DNA of 64,000 nucleotides from Laspinema olomoucense D3b. Its GTDB lineage: Bacteria > Cyanobacteriota > Cyanobacteriia > Cyanobacteriales > Laspinemataceae. Location of the stretch: the NCBI RefSeq assembly GCF_025370785.1, contig NZ_JAMXFA010000001.1:107902-171901 (forward strand). Reading direction: 5' to 3'. The position numbers and the translations under genes were made by a program. The notes beneath the pieces are model-generated. The model had not been told where the DNA came from. It worked only from the letters and a program-made list of their open reading frames with translations, and did no database searches. Numbering within the stretch: the first letter of the stretch is position 1; the number at the start of each line of letters is the position of its first letter. Shown here in pieces: positions 31,091 to 42,393 of this stretch.

Positions 31091-32554
31091 ATGAAAGAAG
31101 GGGGCAGCAGATTGCGGCCTCCTCGGGCATCGGGAGCAGATGAGTCCCCGAGACAAGCAACCGGGTTTTTGGCTCTTTCTTTGTGGCGTTCTGGGCAGAA
31201 ATGTTGTCAAAAGACCCAGTTTGTCTTGCCGTTAGGAGACCGATGCCCTAGCTCACTCATTTGTTGCAGTGGAAGAAAAGGAAGCAAGGTTTTGAAGGTA
31301 TTTTTAGAGATAGAGCCGCAGCGTCGCCATAGCCTGTTGGGATTATTTGCGGCAGGCTTATTGTTTTGGGCTTCTCTGGCTTCATTGCTGCCCACACTGC
31401 CGCTCTATGTCGAGCATATCGGGGGGACGAAAGGACAAATCGGTCTGGTTATGGGGGCATTTGCCCTGGGCTTACTGCCTTCCCGGGCTTGGTTAGGACC
31501 CCTGAGCGATCGCCGGGGTCGCAAAATCGTGTTACGGTTGGGGACGGCTGTGGCCACCATCGCCCCGTTAGGATATCTCTTCGTTGATTCTATTCCCCTG
31601 TTGATGGCATTACGGGCGTTTCACGGCATTAGTGTCGCTGCTTTTACCACCGCTTACAGCGCCTTAATCACCGATTTAGCCCCCGATCGCAATCGCGGCG
31701 AATTAATTGGATATATGAGTTTGGTCAATCCTTTAGGGGTTGCCATTGGACCCGCCCTGGGAGGGTTTTTACTAGAAGCTGCTGGTTACCCACCCCTCTT
31801 TGTCATGGGATTTGGATTGGCACTACTGAGTTTCCTGTTGCTCTATTTCGTCAGTGAACCTCTGCGGGAGGATTTTACCTCCCCAGCACTGGGCAAAGAC
31901 TCGGAAAATGCCAAAGCCCCAGCGGATTCATTTTGGCGGCTGTTATGGAGTCCTCGCATCCGAATTCCCTCCCTAGTGATGCTGCAAATCGGGCTAGTCT
32001 TTGGCGCAGTGGCGACCTTTATCCCCTTGTTTATTAAGGAGACAGTCAGTGATTTTAATCCGGGATGGTTTTATACCGCAGCAGCTATTGTGAGTTTTAG
32101 TATGCGTCTGCTCACGGGTCGCGCCTCGGACCGTTACGGACGCGGATTATTTATCTCCGGGGGTTTGCTGGCCTACTTTGTGGCAATGGTTTTGCTGTGG
32201 ACGGCCCAGGATAGCCGAGGTTTTTTACTCGCTGGGGCGGTAGAAGGATGTGCTGCCGGAACGTTTTTGCCGATGATGGTGGCCCTGGTTGCAGACCGTT
32301 GTGAACCTCGGGAACGGGGGCGGTTGTTTGCCCTGTCTATTGGGGGTTTTGATTTGGGCATCGCTCTGGCTGGGCCAATTTTGGGGATTATGGCGGAAGA
32401 TATAGGGTATCGAAGTATTTTTGCGATCGCCTCGGTGATGGCCTTTTTAGCATTGGGGATTTTTCTCACCCAGTCCAATATGAATTTACGTCAATCGCTG
32501 AAGTTTGCCCTGGGTCGCGATCGCGACCTGTATGCCCTGGAAAAATCATCCTAA
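31091..32554 (+). CDS. MFS transporter
   Basis: It has twelve predicted transmembrane segments and the MFS motif GPLSDRRGRK. The true start is probably internal (TTG near 31292), because the first ~65 aa are Arg/Cys-rich non-membrane sequence. Confidence 0.75.
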   Translation: MKEGGSRLRPPRASGADESPRQATGFLALSLWRSGQKCCQKTQFVLPLGDRCPSSLICCSGRKGSKVLKVFLEIEPQRRHSLLGLFAAGLLFWASLASLLPTLPLYVEHIGGTKGQIGLVMGAFALGLLPSRAWLGPLSDRRGRKIVLRLGTAVATIAPLGYLFVDSIPLLMALRAFHGISVAAFTTAYSALITDLAPDRNRGELIGYMSLVNPLGVAIGPALGGFLLEAAGYPPLFVMGFGLALLSFLLLYFVSEPLREDFTSPALGKDSENAKAPADSFWRLLWSPRIRIPSLVMLQIGLVFGAVATFIPLFIKETVSDFNPGWFYTAAAIVSFSMRLLTGRASDRYGRGLFISGGLLAYFVAMVLLWTAQDSRGFLLAGAVEGCAAGTFLPMMVALVADRCEPRERGRLFALSIGGFDLGIALAGPILGIMAEDIGYRSIFAIASVMAFLALGIFLTQSNMNLRQSLKFALGRDRDLYALEKSS

Positions 32555-32631
32555 GCGAGGGCATAAAAAGTTTGGGTGCTGAATTAGCACAAGCCAACTC
32601 AACACCCAAATTTTGTTTAGATTTTAAAAAC

Positions 32632-32704
32632 GGGCTAGGAGGGATTCGAACCCCCGACACCGTGGTCCGTAGCCACGTGCTCTAGTCCACTGAGCTACAA
32701 GCCC
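32632..32704 (-). tRNA. tRNA-Arg (anticodon ACG)
   Basis: The reverse complement reads GGGCTTGTAGCTCAGTGGACTAGAGCACGTGGCTACGGACCACGGTGTCGGGGGTTCGAATCCCTCCTAGCCC. The anticodon loop is CTACGGA, and the acceptor stem has one U-U mismatch. Confidence 0.85.
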
Positions 32705-32740
32705 TTACCGCTTAATCATATTAACACAGGCTTTTGGAAA

Positions 32741-33259
32741 ATGAAACCCCCTTTTCAAAAAAATTCTGAAAATTCCCCAAACCCTTATCAGTTAAGCCAT
32801 TTGGATGCTGAAGGCCAAGCCAGAATGGTCGATGTGTCGGAAAAAGCCGTCACCCATCGACAGGCGATCGCCTCGGGACAGGTGCGGATGGATCGGGCAA
32901 CTTTTGACCAAATTCAAGCCGGGAATGCACCCAAAGGAGATGTTTTGGGGACGGCGAGACTGGCGGGAATTTTAGGAGCCAAACAAACATCGGGGTTAAT
33001 TCCCTTATGTCATCCTTTACCCTTGCACAAAATTGATGTAGAAATTTTGCCTGACGAGGAACTTCCCGGGTATCGGATTCTCGCCGAAGTCAGGACCAAA
33101 GCAGAAACCGGAGTAGAAATGGAAGCATTAACGGCAGTCTCCGTGGCCGCACTGACCCTCTATGACATGGCCAAAGCGTTATCGAAGGCGATCGCCATTG
33201 AAAGCATTCGCCTAGAGAGCAAGACTGGGGGCAAATCGGGAGACTATCACGCGGATTAA
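32741..33259 (+). CDS. moaC: cyclic pyranopterin monophosphate synthase
   Basis: The motifs [11 protein letters not shown] and [17 protein letters not shown] are present. Confidence 0.9.
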   Translation: MKPPFQKNSENSPNPYQLSHLDAEGQARMVDVSEKAVTHRQAIASGQVRMDRATFDQIQAGNAPKGDVLGTARLAGILGAKQTSGLIPLCHPLPLHKIDVEILPDEELPGYRILAEVRTKAETGVEMEALTAVSVAALTLYDMAKALSKAIAIESIRLESKTGGKSGDYHAD

Positions 33260-33786
33260 AACGCTTTGGGGGTGGCATAAGGTTTGAGCACCTGCTCACC
33301 CAGGGTGACTAACTCCTGGGACCCCTCAATCATCAACAAATACCCGCCCTGGCGTAGATGATGATGATAGACTCCCACCGTGGAACCCTCGCCCAAAAAG
33401 CCAATTAACCCTCCCACCACCCCTCCCAAAACAGCGGCGATCGCCACCACACCTGGAATGAGCAACAGAGAGTTAAAACCCAGGGGGTTAATTAGCCCAA
33501 GATGGTAGGCCAAAACCAATGCCGAACCCACTAGGAATCCCATTGTGGCAAACCCTATCAAAAAACGGCGAGCTTGGTCCACCGCAATTTGCGTAGGTTC
33601 TAATAAACCCACGCGAGCTGGAGAACTATACCCTTGACCCACAATCGCCAGATGCTCCGGGGAAATCCCGTGATACTGTAAAAGTCGATAAGCGTCAAAA
33701 GTTGCTGCTTCATTAGCTAAGGGAATGATTGCCAGAGCGGTCTGGCGATTGCGAGAATGTTGCCGGAATAATCGCGAAGGAATCAC
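33256..33786 (-). CDS. hypothetical membrane protein (Gly-zipper TM helices)
   Basis: The 176-aa ORF has a hydrophobic Gly-rich core ([21 protein letters not shown]). Its end overlaps the moaC stop by 4 nt. Confidence 0.4.
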   Translation of the reverse strand: MIPSRLFRQHSRNRQTALAIIPLANEAATFDAYRLLQYHGISPEHLAIVGQGYSSPARVGLLEPTQIAVDQARRFLIGFATMGFLVGSALVLAYHLGLINPLGFNSLLLIPGVVAIAAVLGGVVGGLIGFLGEGSTVGVYHHHLRQGGYLLMIEGSQELVTLGEQVLKPYATPKAF

Positions 33787-34098
33787 AAAGCTGCTGGGGT
33801 GGGTGGGGTGGTGAAGGTTGATACTTGCATTTTATCCTTTGTTTTTTGAACTAAGACTGTCCAGTAAATCTTCCTTCTGCCTTTTAAGGGGCGAATCAGT
33901 CCGGTCATCCCCTGGGGAACGGGATTGAAGAGCGCCCTATTTCTGAAGCTCGTTAACAAATCGGGGTTAAAAACCCATGATGCCCAACCGCAATCAGGGG
34001 CGATCGCTCCTTCATCCGAGGTAGCGAAGACTTACAATTTTAAAAGTACAAGCCCGGGCCAAAACCCGAGCAACTTCCTTAGAAAAGAAAGGAGATCT

Positions 34099-34350
34099 AT
34101 GCCACCTCGTTGGCCTCGTCAACCCGATCGCAGCGAACCCGCTTACCGGAAACTCGATGATCGCATGAATTTCGCCGTCCATGTCGCCCTTTTTGCGGCC
34201 AGCAATTCCGGCCTCTGGTTTTTCCGGGCATGGCAATCTCCCCCCTGGCAGTGGACCCCTTGGCTCACCGCCGCTTGGCTACTGCTGTTAATCGCTCATG
34301 GGGTTTATATTTTCGCAATTGCAAACTATTCCGAAGAATCTAATGGCTAA
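34099..34350 (+). CDS. small 2-TM membrane protein
   Basis: The ATG at 34099 has an AAAGGAGA RBS. The product has Trp-rich TM helices (WFFRAWQSPPWQWTPWLTAAWLLLLIAHGVYIF). Confidence 0.4.
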   Translation: MPPRWPRQPDRSEPAYRKLDDRMNFAVHVALFAASNSGLWFFRAWQSPPWQWTPWLTAAWLLLLIAHGVYIFAIANYSEESNG

Positions 34351-34654
34351 TTCCAGTAACACTGAAAAAATAGAAGCCCTGGCTGCTCAGATTGCCGATC
34401 GCGTTTATATCGATGTCGCCAAATGGCGTCTGCGCTTAGATGACGCTCATCTGCACACCCTCCTGGCTGAACAACTCTATCCGTTAGTCAGCACAAATGC
34501 CGCCGTCAATGAATCCGACGTGAGCAAAGTGCTTGCGGGAATCAACGTTAATCTCGGCGGAGGACGCCGACAAATTCCTCTAAGTGATCTGATTCCCACC
34601 GGAGAACAAATGGACCTCCTCCGCATTTTAGAAGAGTTTCAGCGCGACCTTTAG
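34343..34654 (+). CDS. conserved hypothetical protein (cyanobacterial DUF-type)
   Basis: It begins MANSSNTEKIEALAAQIADRVYIDVAKWRLRL. Its start overlaps the previous stop in AATGGCTAA, which indicates translational coupling. Confidence 0.4.
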   Translation: MANSSNTEKIEALAAQIADRVYIDVAKWRLRLDDAHLHTLLAEQLYPLVSTNAAVNESDVSKVLAGINVNLGGGRRQIPLSDLIPTGEQMDLLRILEEFQRDL

Positions 34655-34844
34655 TCCTGGGGCATCCACAAACACCAGTATAATTCAACTCCACAAGAGC
34701 TTTACCCCAACTGGAGCGCTTGAGGAAAACATCCCTCGGGGGCATTTTTGGCCCCTGGGTCAGTTTCTGACCGGGGCAGTATTTTGCAGGTCCAAATCAC
34801 GGTTTCGCGATCGGGAAGCCAGCCTCACCAGGAAAAGGATATTC

Positions 34845-35348
34845 ATGAAAACACCCTCTATAGTTTATTTGATCCGGCACGGGATCGCCGAAAACCGCGT
34901 AGATAATGTCTCCGATGAGAAGCGCCAGCTAACCAAGGAGGGAGTTCAAAAAACCCGGAAAGTAGCGAACCGTCTGCATCAGTTGAATATTCATTTCGAT
35001 CTGATTTTGACCAGTCCTCTGCTTAGAGCAAGGCAAACGGCTGATATTCTCCAAACCGCTGGTCTCGGCCAGAAAATTAAAGAGTCTACTTCCCTGGTCC
35101 CGAATGGGGATATCAATAACTGGCTGAACTGGTATCAGCAATGGCGTCAAAGTGGAGGGCATTGTTTGGCCCTCGTCGGACATCAGCCGGATCAGGGCAA
35201 CTGGGCAGAAATTTTGGTTTGGGGAGAGTCCAGAGAAGGACTGATCCTCAAAAAAGCTGGGGTGATTGGTTTGGTCCTCCCCGAAACTGGGGATCCCGTG
35301 GGAAATAGTTCCCTATTTTGGCTGACCTGCCCCAAATTATTGCTATAA
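34845..35348 (+). CDS. sixA: phosphohistidine phosphatase SixA (histidine phosphatase superfamily)
   Basis: The RHG motif is VYLIRHGIAE, and the signature LLRARQTA is present. Confidence 0.8.
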   Translation: MKTPSIVYLIRHGIAENRVDNVSDEKRQLTKEGVQKTRKVANRLHQLNIHFDLILTSPLLRARQTADILQTAGLGQKIKESTSLVPNGDINNWLNWYQQWRQSGGHCLALVGHQPDQGNWAEILVWGESREGLILKKAGVIGLVLPETGDPVGNSSLFWLTCPKLLL

Positions 35349-35598
35349 ATTGATTGGGGATTGGTGATAAGTTATGGGTGAGCTAAATCAACAATTCATA
35401 ACGAATCCGTCCTCAGTCCTCGGACTGCATTGCTGCACTGAAAGCCCTGAAAGCATTGAAATCCAAACCTTTTATCCCCTTAAGAGCATCGGATTTTCCG
35501 AGGGTTGCTCCATAAAGGATTTTTCTAAAAGCAGGAACAGTCCAAGCAGATCTGATAAGTTAGCTTGAAGATATTTAATTAAAGCGAAGGCTAAACCT

Positions 35599-36756
35599 AT
35601 GACTGTCGCGGACGAACTAAAGACCGGTTTTGAATTTAAGCCCGGGTTAGAAGGCGTTCCGGTCACCCTATCCAGTATCAGTTTCGTGGATGGGAAGAAA
35701 GGAATTTTGGAATATCGCAATATTCCGATTGAAGAACTGGCCCTCAAAAGCACCTTTCTGGAAACCTCCTATTTATTGATCTGGGGCGAACTCCCGACCC
35801 AGGAAGAACTCGATGCATTTGAAAAGGAAATTCGCTACCACCGCCGCATTAAATATCGCATTCGGGACATGATGAAATGCTTTCCCGAAAGCGGTCATCC
35901 GATGGACGCCCTCCAAGCCTCCGCTGCGGCCCTCGGCTTATTCTATTCCCGTCGGGCTTTAGACGATCCAGCCTATATTCGTGCTGCTGCGGTCCGGTTG
36001 TTGGCCAAAATTCCCACAATGGTGGCGGCATTCCAAATGATGCGGAAAGGGAATGACCCGATTCAACCCCGGGACGATCTGGACTATTCGGCCAACTTTC
36101 TGTATATGCTGACGGAAGAAGAGCCAGATCCCCTAGAGGCTCGGGTGTTCGATGTTTGCCTGACGCTTCATGCAGAACATACCATCAATGCTTCTACATT
36201 TTCAGCCAGGGTCACAGCTTCTACCCTGACAGACCCTTACGCCGTGGTGGCTTCAGCGGTGGGAACCCTGGCCGGTCCTTTACATGGGGGGGCCAATGAA
36301 GAGGTGATTGATATGCTGGAGGAAATTGGCTCGGTTGAAAATGTCCGACCCTACATTGAAAACTGTCTGAAGACTAAATCTAAGATTATGGGGTTCGGTC
36401 ACCGGGTCTACAAAGTTAAGGATCCCCGGGCGATTATCCTGCAAAACCTCGCTGAACAATTGTTTGAGAAGTTTGGCCGGGATAATTATTATGACATTGC
36501 CGTAGAACTGGAGCGAGTGGTGGAGGAAAAACTGGCTTACAAAGGCATTTATGCCAATGTGGACTTTTATTCGGGTCTGGTTTATCGGAAGTTGGGGATT
36601 CCTACGGATTTGTTTACGCCGATCTTTGCGATTTCCCGGGTGGCGGGTTGGTTGGCTCACTGGAAAGAGCAACTGGGGGAAAACCGGATTTATCGTCCGA
36701 CCCAAATTTATACGGGAACTCATAACGCACCTTATATTCCCATCTCAGAACGTTAA
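35599..36756 (+). CDS. gltA: citrate synthase
   Basis: The motifs GFGHRVYKVKDPRA and NVDFYSGLVY are present, and the ORF is 385 aa. Confidence 0.93.
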   Translation: MTVADELKTGFEFKPGLEGVPVTLSSISFVDGKKGILEYRNIPIEELALKSTFLETSYLLIWGELPTQEELDAFEKEIRYHRRIKYRIRDMMKCFPESGHPMDALQASAAALGLFYSRRALDDPAYIRAAAVRLLAKIPTMVAAFQMMRKGNDPIQPRDDLDYSANFLYMLTEEEPDPLEARVFDVCLTLHAEHTINASTFSARVTASTLTDPYAVVASAVGTLAGPLHGGANEEVIDMLEEIGSVENVRPYIENCLKTKSKIMGFGHRVYKVKDPRAIILQNLAEQLFEKFGRDNYYDIAVELERVVEEKLAYKGIYANVDFYSGLVYRKLGIPTDLFTPIFAISRVAGWLAHWKEQLGENRIYRPTQIYTGTHNAPYIPISER

Positions 36757-37211
36757 TGCGATCGCGACGGAATTAGGTCGAGTCTGGGCTGGAGGGACCT
36801 CTACTCACGGATTGGGTCTGGGTCCCGGTTTTTCTTTTAAGGGGAATCATCCATCTAGCCGCGATCGCCATAATTGCCCTTAGATTGTCCTAATCTGAGG
36901 GTTTTTTGTTGGGTAAGTTCCTCCGAAATCACGGACCCACCCGATTCTGCCCTTGAGGACCTGCGCCGATATCCTCCGCTCAAGATTGGCGATCGCCTCA
37001 AATCGCCCCAAACCCTATAATCATCTGCCCCCTTGTCATAGGTCCCTCGGGCGATCGCCTCCCGACCCTTTCCCGGCTATCCCCCGAGGGCCATCCTCTT
37101 GCTTAAAGACTGAAACTCAAGCCTCTCGCAGAGTTCTGGCGTCCATCGAGCGTTATACTATTAGTGCATTTAACCGAGTCGTAAGTAATCTTCACACTCT
37201 CAATAGGAAGC

Positions 37212-38330
37212 ATGAACCCAGGTATAGACCTACAAGGAAGTTTTATAAAAGCGCTCGCAGATTTGGGCCTTCCGGCGGGAGCAGCAAAAGCCATCTGGAT
37301 GCCAGTTCCTATGGTCCTCATGCTAGTTGTCGCAACAATTGGCGTACTGGTGACCGTCTGGCTAGAGCGAAAAATTTCTGCTGCGGTCCAACAGCGCATC
37401 GGCCCAGAATACATCGGCCCTTTGGGGATTTTAGCCCCCGCCGCCGATGGGCTCAAACTCTTGTTCAAAGAGGATATCCTTCCGGCTAAAGCCGACCCCA
37501 TCCTCTTTACCCTCGGGCCAGTCCTGGTGGTAGTCCCCGTGTTCGCCTCCTTCCTGATCGTCCCCTTCGGACAAAATCTCATCATTAGCGATGTCGGGGT
37601 TGCCATCTTTTTATGGATTTCCCTTTCCAGCATTCAGCCGATCGGCTTGCTGATGGCAGGCTATGCCTCCAATAACAAATACTCTCTCATCGGTGGATTG
37701 CGCGCAGCAGCCCAGTCGATCAGTTATGAAATTCCCCTAGCCCTCAGTGTGTTGGCAGTCGTCATGATGTCCAACAGCCTGAGCACCCTCGACATTGTGG
37801 AACAGCAATCCAGCTATGGCATCCTCAGTTGGAACGTCTGGCGTCAACCCCTCGGCTTTGTCATCTTCTGGATTGCAGCCCTGGCGGAATGCGAACGCTT
37901 ACCCTTTGACCTTCCTGAAGCTGAAGAAGAAATCGTCGCCGGATATCAAACCGAATATTCTGGCATGAAATTCGCCCTGTTCTACTTAGGTTCCTACGTC
38001 AACCTAGTCCTCTCGGCACTCCTAATCGCCGTGCTCTATCTGGGGGGCTGGGAATCTCCGATCCCTGTAGAACTCCTAGGACAGTGGCTGGGTGTCAGCG
38101 AAACCACCCCTTGGCTGCAAGTGATTACCGGAACCCTGGGCATCACCATGACCCTGCTCAAGGCTTACTTTTTTGTTTTCCTCGCCATTCTGATGCGCTG
38201 GACTTTACCCCGCGTTCGGATCGACCAACTCCTCGATTTAGGCTGGAAATTCCTGCTACCCGTTTCTCTGGTCAATCTGCTCTTAACTGCGGCCTTAAAG
38301 TTGGCATTTCCCTTTGCCTTTGGTGGGTAA
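37212..38330 (+). CDS. ndhA: NAD(P)H-quinone oxidoreductase subunit 1 (NuoH homolog)
   Basis: It is a polytopic membrane protein with [11 protein letters not shown] and [13 protein letters not shown]. Confidence 0.93.
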   Translation: MNPGIDLQGSFIKALADLGLPAGAAKAIWMPVPMVLMLVVATIGVLVTVWLERKISAAVQQRIGPEYIGPLGILAPAADGLKLLFKEDILPAKADPILFTLGPVLVVVPVFASFLIVPFGQNLIISDVGVAIFLWISLSSIQPIGLLMAGYASNNKYSLIGGLRAAAQSISYEIPLALSVLAVVMMSNSLSTLDIVEQQSSYGILSWNVWRQPLGFVIFWIAALAECERLPFDLPEAEEEIVAGYQTEYSGMKFALFYLGSYVNLVLSALLIAVLYLGGWESPIPVELLGQWLGVSETTPWLQVITGTLGITMTLLKAYFFVFLAILMRWTLPRVRIDQLLDLGWKFLLPVSLVNLLLTAALKLAFPFAFGG

Positions 38331-38440
38331 AGCGGGGTTTCTTTCGTTCAAAAACTGCCCAGTTATTGAGCGATCGCTTAATTTCATCTTGACTTCAGGT
38401 CACCACTCCCTATCACCTAGCAGTCATCGCCGAGAACACT

Positions 38441-39043
38441 ATGCTCAAATTCCTCAATCAAGTTAGCAACTACGCCAAAGAAACCGTTCAAGCGGCCAAA
38501 TATATCGGTCAAGGACTGTCGGTGACGTTCGACCATATGCGCCGTCGTCCGGTTACGGTGCAATATCCCTACGAAAAACTCATTCCTTCCGAACGCTATC
38601 GGGGTCGGATTCACTTTGAATTTGATAAGTGCATTTCCTGCGAAGTGTGCGTCCGCGTTTGTCCGATTAACCTGCCCGTGGTGGATTGGGAATTCAACAA
38701 AGAAACCAAAAAGAAACAGCTCAAACACTACAGTATTGATTTTGGCGTTTGTATTTTCTGCGCCAACTGTGTAGAATACTGCCCGACCAATTGTCTCTCA
38801 GCGACGGAAGAATACGAACTTTCAACTTACGATCGCCACGAATTGAATTTTGATAACGTGGCAATGGGCCGCTTACCTTACAAGGTCACCGACGACCCAA
38901 TGGTGACCCCCTTAAGAGAACTTGCCTATCTACCCAAAGGCGTGATCTCTCCCCATGATTTGCCCCCGAACTCTCGTCGTGCGGGTCTGCGTCCTGAAGA
39001 AATTCGGGAACAGATGGAACAAGAACAATCCACGGAAAAATAG
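38441..39043 (+). CDS. ndhI: NAD(P)H-quinone oxidoreductase subunit I (2x[4Fe-4S])
   Basis: The two cluster motifs are [12 protein letters not shown] and [12 protein letters not shown]. Confidence 0.93.
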   Translation: MLKFLNQVSNYAKETVQAAKYIGQGLSVTFDHMRRRPVTVQYPYEKLIPSERYRGRIHFEFDKCISCEVCVRVCPINLPVVDWEFNKETKKKQLKHYSIDFGVCIFCANCVEYCPTNCLSATEEYELSTYDRHELNFDNVAMGRLPYKVTDDPMVTPLRELAYLPKGVISPHDLPPNSRRAGLRPEEIREQMEQEQSTEK

Positions 39044-39089
39044 GGGAAATTTGTCAAAAAATTGCTGGGGATGATTTAATTCCCAATTA

Positions 39090-39165
39090 AGGATCACCCC
39101 AAACAAATGACCCCGGACAAATGACCCCCGACAAAGCACAAAGGACAAAGAACAAAGGACAAATA
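39090..39165. repeat. degenerate heptamer tandem repeat (GGACAAA/TGACCCC variants) in the ndhI-ndhG spacer
   Basis: The sequence reads caaatgaccccggacaaatgacccccgacaaagcacaaaggacaaagaacaaaggacaaatac. Confidence 0.55.
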
Positions 39166-39167
39166 CA

Positions 39168-39794
39168 GTGAATTTAGCGGAAGGCGTTCAGATAGTTTCG
39201 TTTGGCCTGCTGGCCGTGATGATGATAGGAGCAGCTTTGGGTGTAGTGCTCCTGTCTCAGGTCGTTTATTCGGCCTTTTTATTAGGCGGCGTGTTTATCA
39301 GCATGGCCGGTTTGTATCTGTTGCTCAATGCTGATTTTGTAGCAGCGGCCCAGATTTTGATTTATGTCGGTGCCGTTAACGTTCTGATTTTGTTTGCCAT
39401 CATGCTGGTTAACAAACAGGAGGATTTTACGAACCTTCCCAATTACTGGATCCGTCGCGGAGCAACTGCCCTCGTTGCGTTAGGATTATTCGCGCTATTA
39501 AGCACAATGGTCCTCTCAACTCCTTGGGCCGTGACCCCAACTGCAGCAACCGCAGAAAATACGGTGGTGCAGATTGGAGAACATTTATTCAGCGATTTTT
39601 TACTGCCGTTTGAATTAGCCTCTGTACTGTTGTTGATGGCAATGGTCGGCGCGATTATTTTGGCCCGTCGGGAGTTGATTCCGGCGGAGCGAAAAGCCCA
39701 ACTCGATTCAGCCGAACTGGATTTGAAGTTGCCGGAACGTCCCCGTGCACCTGTCCCCGCTCTCCGGGGAAATCAGGTAAAAACCCAAGAATGA
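39168..39794 (+). CDS. ndhG: NAD(P)H-quinone oxidoreductase subunit 6 (NuoJ homolog)
   Basis: It is a membrane protein at the conserved operon position after ndhI. GTG start. Confidence 0.88.
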   Translation: MNLAEGVQIVSFGLLAVMMIGAALGVVLLSQVVYSAFLLGGVFISMAGLYLLLNADFVAAAQILIYVGAVNVLILFAIMLVNKQEDFTNLPNYWIRRGATALVALGLFALLSTMVLSTPWAVTPTAATAENTVVQIGEHLFSDFLLPFELASVLLLMAMVGAIILARRELIPAERKAQLDSAELDLKLPERPRAPVPALRGNQVKTQE

Positions 39795-39912
39795 AAAGGG
39801 TAATAAGGACATCAAACGTTGTGAACTAACGTTGTGAACTTTTACCGTTTTAAGGGGTGAATTTCACCGCCCCTTAATCATTCAAAAGCTAGTAAGATAG
39901 TGATGAGGATTA

Positions 39913-40224
39913 ATGGAACTGCAACTCGAATACTTTTTAGTTTTGGCAGCGGCCTTGTTCTGCATTGGCATTTATGGCTTGATTACCAGTCGCAACGCCG
40001 TCCGGGTGTTGATGTCGATTGAGCTATTGTTAAATGCAGTGAATTTGAATTTAATCGCCTTTTCTAATTTCCTAGACTCCGCTACAATTAAGGGTCAGGT
40101 TTTTGGGGTGTTTGTGATTACTGTGGCGGCAGCAGAAGCGGCAGTAGGTTTGGCGATCGTCCTGGCTATCTATCGGAACCGGGATACGGTGGATATGGAG
40201 CAGTTCAATCTCCTGAAATGGTAA
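39913..40224 (+). CDS. ndhE: NAD(P)H-quinone oxidoreductase subunit 4L (NuoK homolog)
   Basis: It is 103 aa with three TM helices and ends ...EQFNLLKW. Confidence 0.9.
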   Translation: MELQLEYFLVLAAALFCIGIYGLITSRNAVRVLMSIELLLNAVNLNLIAFSNFLDSATIKGQVFGVFVITVAAAEAAVGLAIVLAIYRNRDTVDMEQFNLLKW

Positions 40225-40255
40225 GAAGAGTCTGAGTCGCGAGGCTAGGACTCTA

Positions 40256-40297
40256 TTAAACCGGGTTTTTTAAAAGAGACCCGGTTTCTAATTTTTT
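40256..40297 (+). terminator. rho-independent terminator after ndhE
   Basis: The hairpin aaaccgggt...acccggttt is followed by CTAATTTTTT. Confidence 0.5.
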
Positions 40298-40577
40298 AGG
40301 TGTCGAGAGAAAATTTTCAACAGCGATCGCCAAGATGTCGAGGCGAAACACCTTAAGAGAATAGGCGGCAAAAATGTAGAGACGCCCAATTCCACAGATT
40401 TTTGAAGAGGGGAGGGGCTACTACAACAAGAGTTAGAAATAAATCACCGGGCTGAACGAACAATCGTTAGCTGAAGGATAATAAACCGTAGGAATTCGTA
40501 CAATAACTCATGGGCCGACTGGATAAACTGATGAATGCCCAGAAAAGAACATAAAACGGTTAGGGGGTTAGTCTCAA

Positions 40578-41498
40578 GTGCAGCTTAAAAATGCAATTAT
40601 TGCTCATAAAGCCGGAGATGACCTATCTCGGCGGTGGGCTGATCGATGCGCTCGGGAGTTGGAAAATCGCGGGTGTCATGTTTTGGTTGGACCCAGTGGG
40701 TCTAAAGATAATCCCTATCCCGTTTTTTTGGCTTCCTCAACCAGTCCAATTGATTTGGCGGTGGTGTTTGGGGGGGATGGGACGGCCCTTGCAGCGGCTC
40801 GACAACTTGCGCCGGAGGGAATTCCGATGTTAGCGGTCAATGTGGGCGGGCATCTGGGGTTTATTACGGAACATTTTGAGGAATTTAAAGATACTGAACG
40901 AGTTTGGGATCGCTTGTTAGAGGACCGCTATGCGATTCAACGCCGGATGATGCTGCAAGGACGGGTTTATGAGGGGCATCATACGAATATGAAACCGGCG
41001 AGCGATCGCTTTTTGGCCTTAAATGAAATGTGTGTCAAACCTGCCGCAGCGGACCGGATGATCACCTCGATTCTGGAAATGGAAATTGATGGGGAGGTGG
41101 TGGATCAGTATCAAGGGGATGGTCTGATTGTGGCAACCCCTACGGGATCAACCTGCTATACGGTTTCGGCGAATGGCCCGATTATGCATGATGGGATGGA
41201 GGCGATCGCCGTGACTCCGATTTGTCCCCTGAGTTTGTCCAGTCGTCCGATTGTGTTACCACCAGGAGCCGTGGTCAGTATTTGGCCTTTAGCAGACCCG
41301 GATTTAAGTACAAAGTTGTGGATGGATGGGGTAATGGCTACCTCAATTTGGCCGGGACATCGGGTGGATGTCCGGATGGCAGACTGTCGGGCTAAGTTTA
41401 TTATTTTACAGGAAAATTATTCCTATTATCAGACCTTACGGGAAAAGTTACAATGGGCAGGAGCAAGAATTAAATATAATAATAATCACCGCATTTAA
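40578..41498 (+). CDS. nadK: NAD kinase
   Basis: The motifs GGDGT and NEMCV are present, and the start is a GTG at 40578. Confidence 0.88.
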   Translation: MQLKNAIIAHKAGDDLSRRWADRCARELENRGCHVLVGPSGSKDNPYPVFLASSTSPIDLAVVFGGDGTALAAARQLAPEGIPMLAVNVGGHLGFITEHFEEFKDTERVWDRLLEDRYAIQRRMMLQGRVYEGHHTNMKPASDRFLALNEMCVKPAAADRMITSILEMEIDGEVVDQYQGDGLIVATPTGSTCYTVSANGPIMHDGMEAIAVTPICPLSLSSRPIVLPPGAVVSIWPLADPDLSTKLWMDGVMATSIWPGHRVDVRMADCRAKFIILQENYSYYQTLREKLQWAGARIKYNNNHRI

Positions 41499-42355
41499 AG
41501 GCGGCAAAAAACCATGCGATCTCCTGAATAACCCTGGCAATTTAGGGGGAATAAAAAAGGCGATCGCCTGGGTTTTTGATTAATTTAGCCTCATTTTTTC
41601 CAAAAGTTTACACCGCCGGGAAATCTCATCCCCGAATCTTCAAAATGACTCAGGTTTATGGCCCCGGCGGTTTCAACAGTTTTCAAGCAGAATGTAGGGT
41701 CAAACTTGCAACATTAAGGATGAAGAATAACCCGAGATTTCCCTGTAAGTGGGAGTCATTGTACCCAATTTATCGCTCATGCTTTTGACGCGCTTTTGCC
41801 GATGTAGAGGAGACCCCCCACTGGGGCGATCGCATCGGCGGATTGTTCTTTCGGGCCCGACCCCGGAGACCTTTGTCAAATCTGGACCCTGGCCTTCCCT
41901 CCTCCTAATTTTTTTGTCCCGAGGCGATCGCAGAGGACAAGGGTGAGCAGACGAGTTCGGGGTAGCATCCGCTGGACTCACTACAGACGGGAGGCACCTC
42001 ATAATCACATAAAACCAAGGGTTCAGATTTAATTTGTACCGCCGCTATTAGGGTGGCAGATAAACCCATAATGCTAATCCAAAACAGCCGGTTCATAAAC
42101 GTTTCACTCCACAGCAGATGACTGCCTGATTATTCGGCTGCTGTAGAGCCATTTCCGAAGGAAGCGATCGCCTTAATTTCAACAATCTGCTCAGACTGTC
42201 CTCACAGTGGATCCAAAGCGGGCTGTGCTAACAAAATGGGATTCTGTATTTTAAGCTACAGCACCTCTGGGCAAGGGTGATTATATTGGATTTCTAACAT
42301 ACTTAATAAAATTACATAGACCTGTAGGTCTTTTTAGTAAAGGGATATAAAAGGC

Positions 42356-42393
42356 AATCCCGCCAGACTTGTTCTGGCGGGATTGTCGTTTTT
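42356..42393 (+). terminator. orphan intrinsic terminator in an ORF-free region (candidate sRNA 3' end)
   Basis: The perfect stem aatcccgccaga/tctggcgggatt with loop cttgt is followed by GTCGTTTTT. No CDS lies upstream within 800 bp. Confidence 0.4.

Noticed and set aside
36953-37633. Two ~177-aa ORFs on + and - upstream of and overlapping the ndhA start
   Set aside because: Their composition is Arg/Pro-rich, which is typical of off-frame reading of GC-rich sequence. They overlap the well-supported ndhA CDS.
41576-42096. Small ORFs (60-100 aa) in the nadK-downstream non-coding region
   Set aside because: They overlap each other on both strands and lack RBSs and coding periodicity. The region is better explained as non-coding, as described in the sRNA finding.
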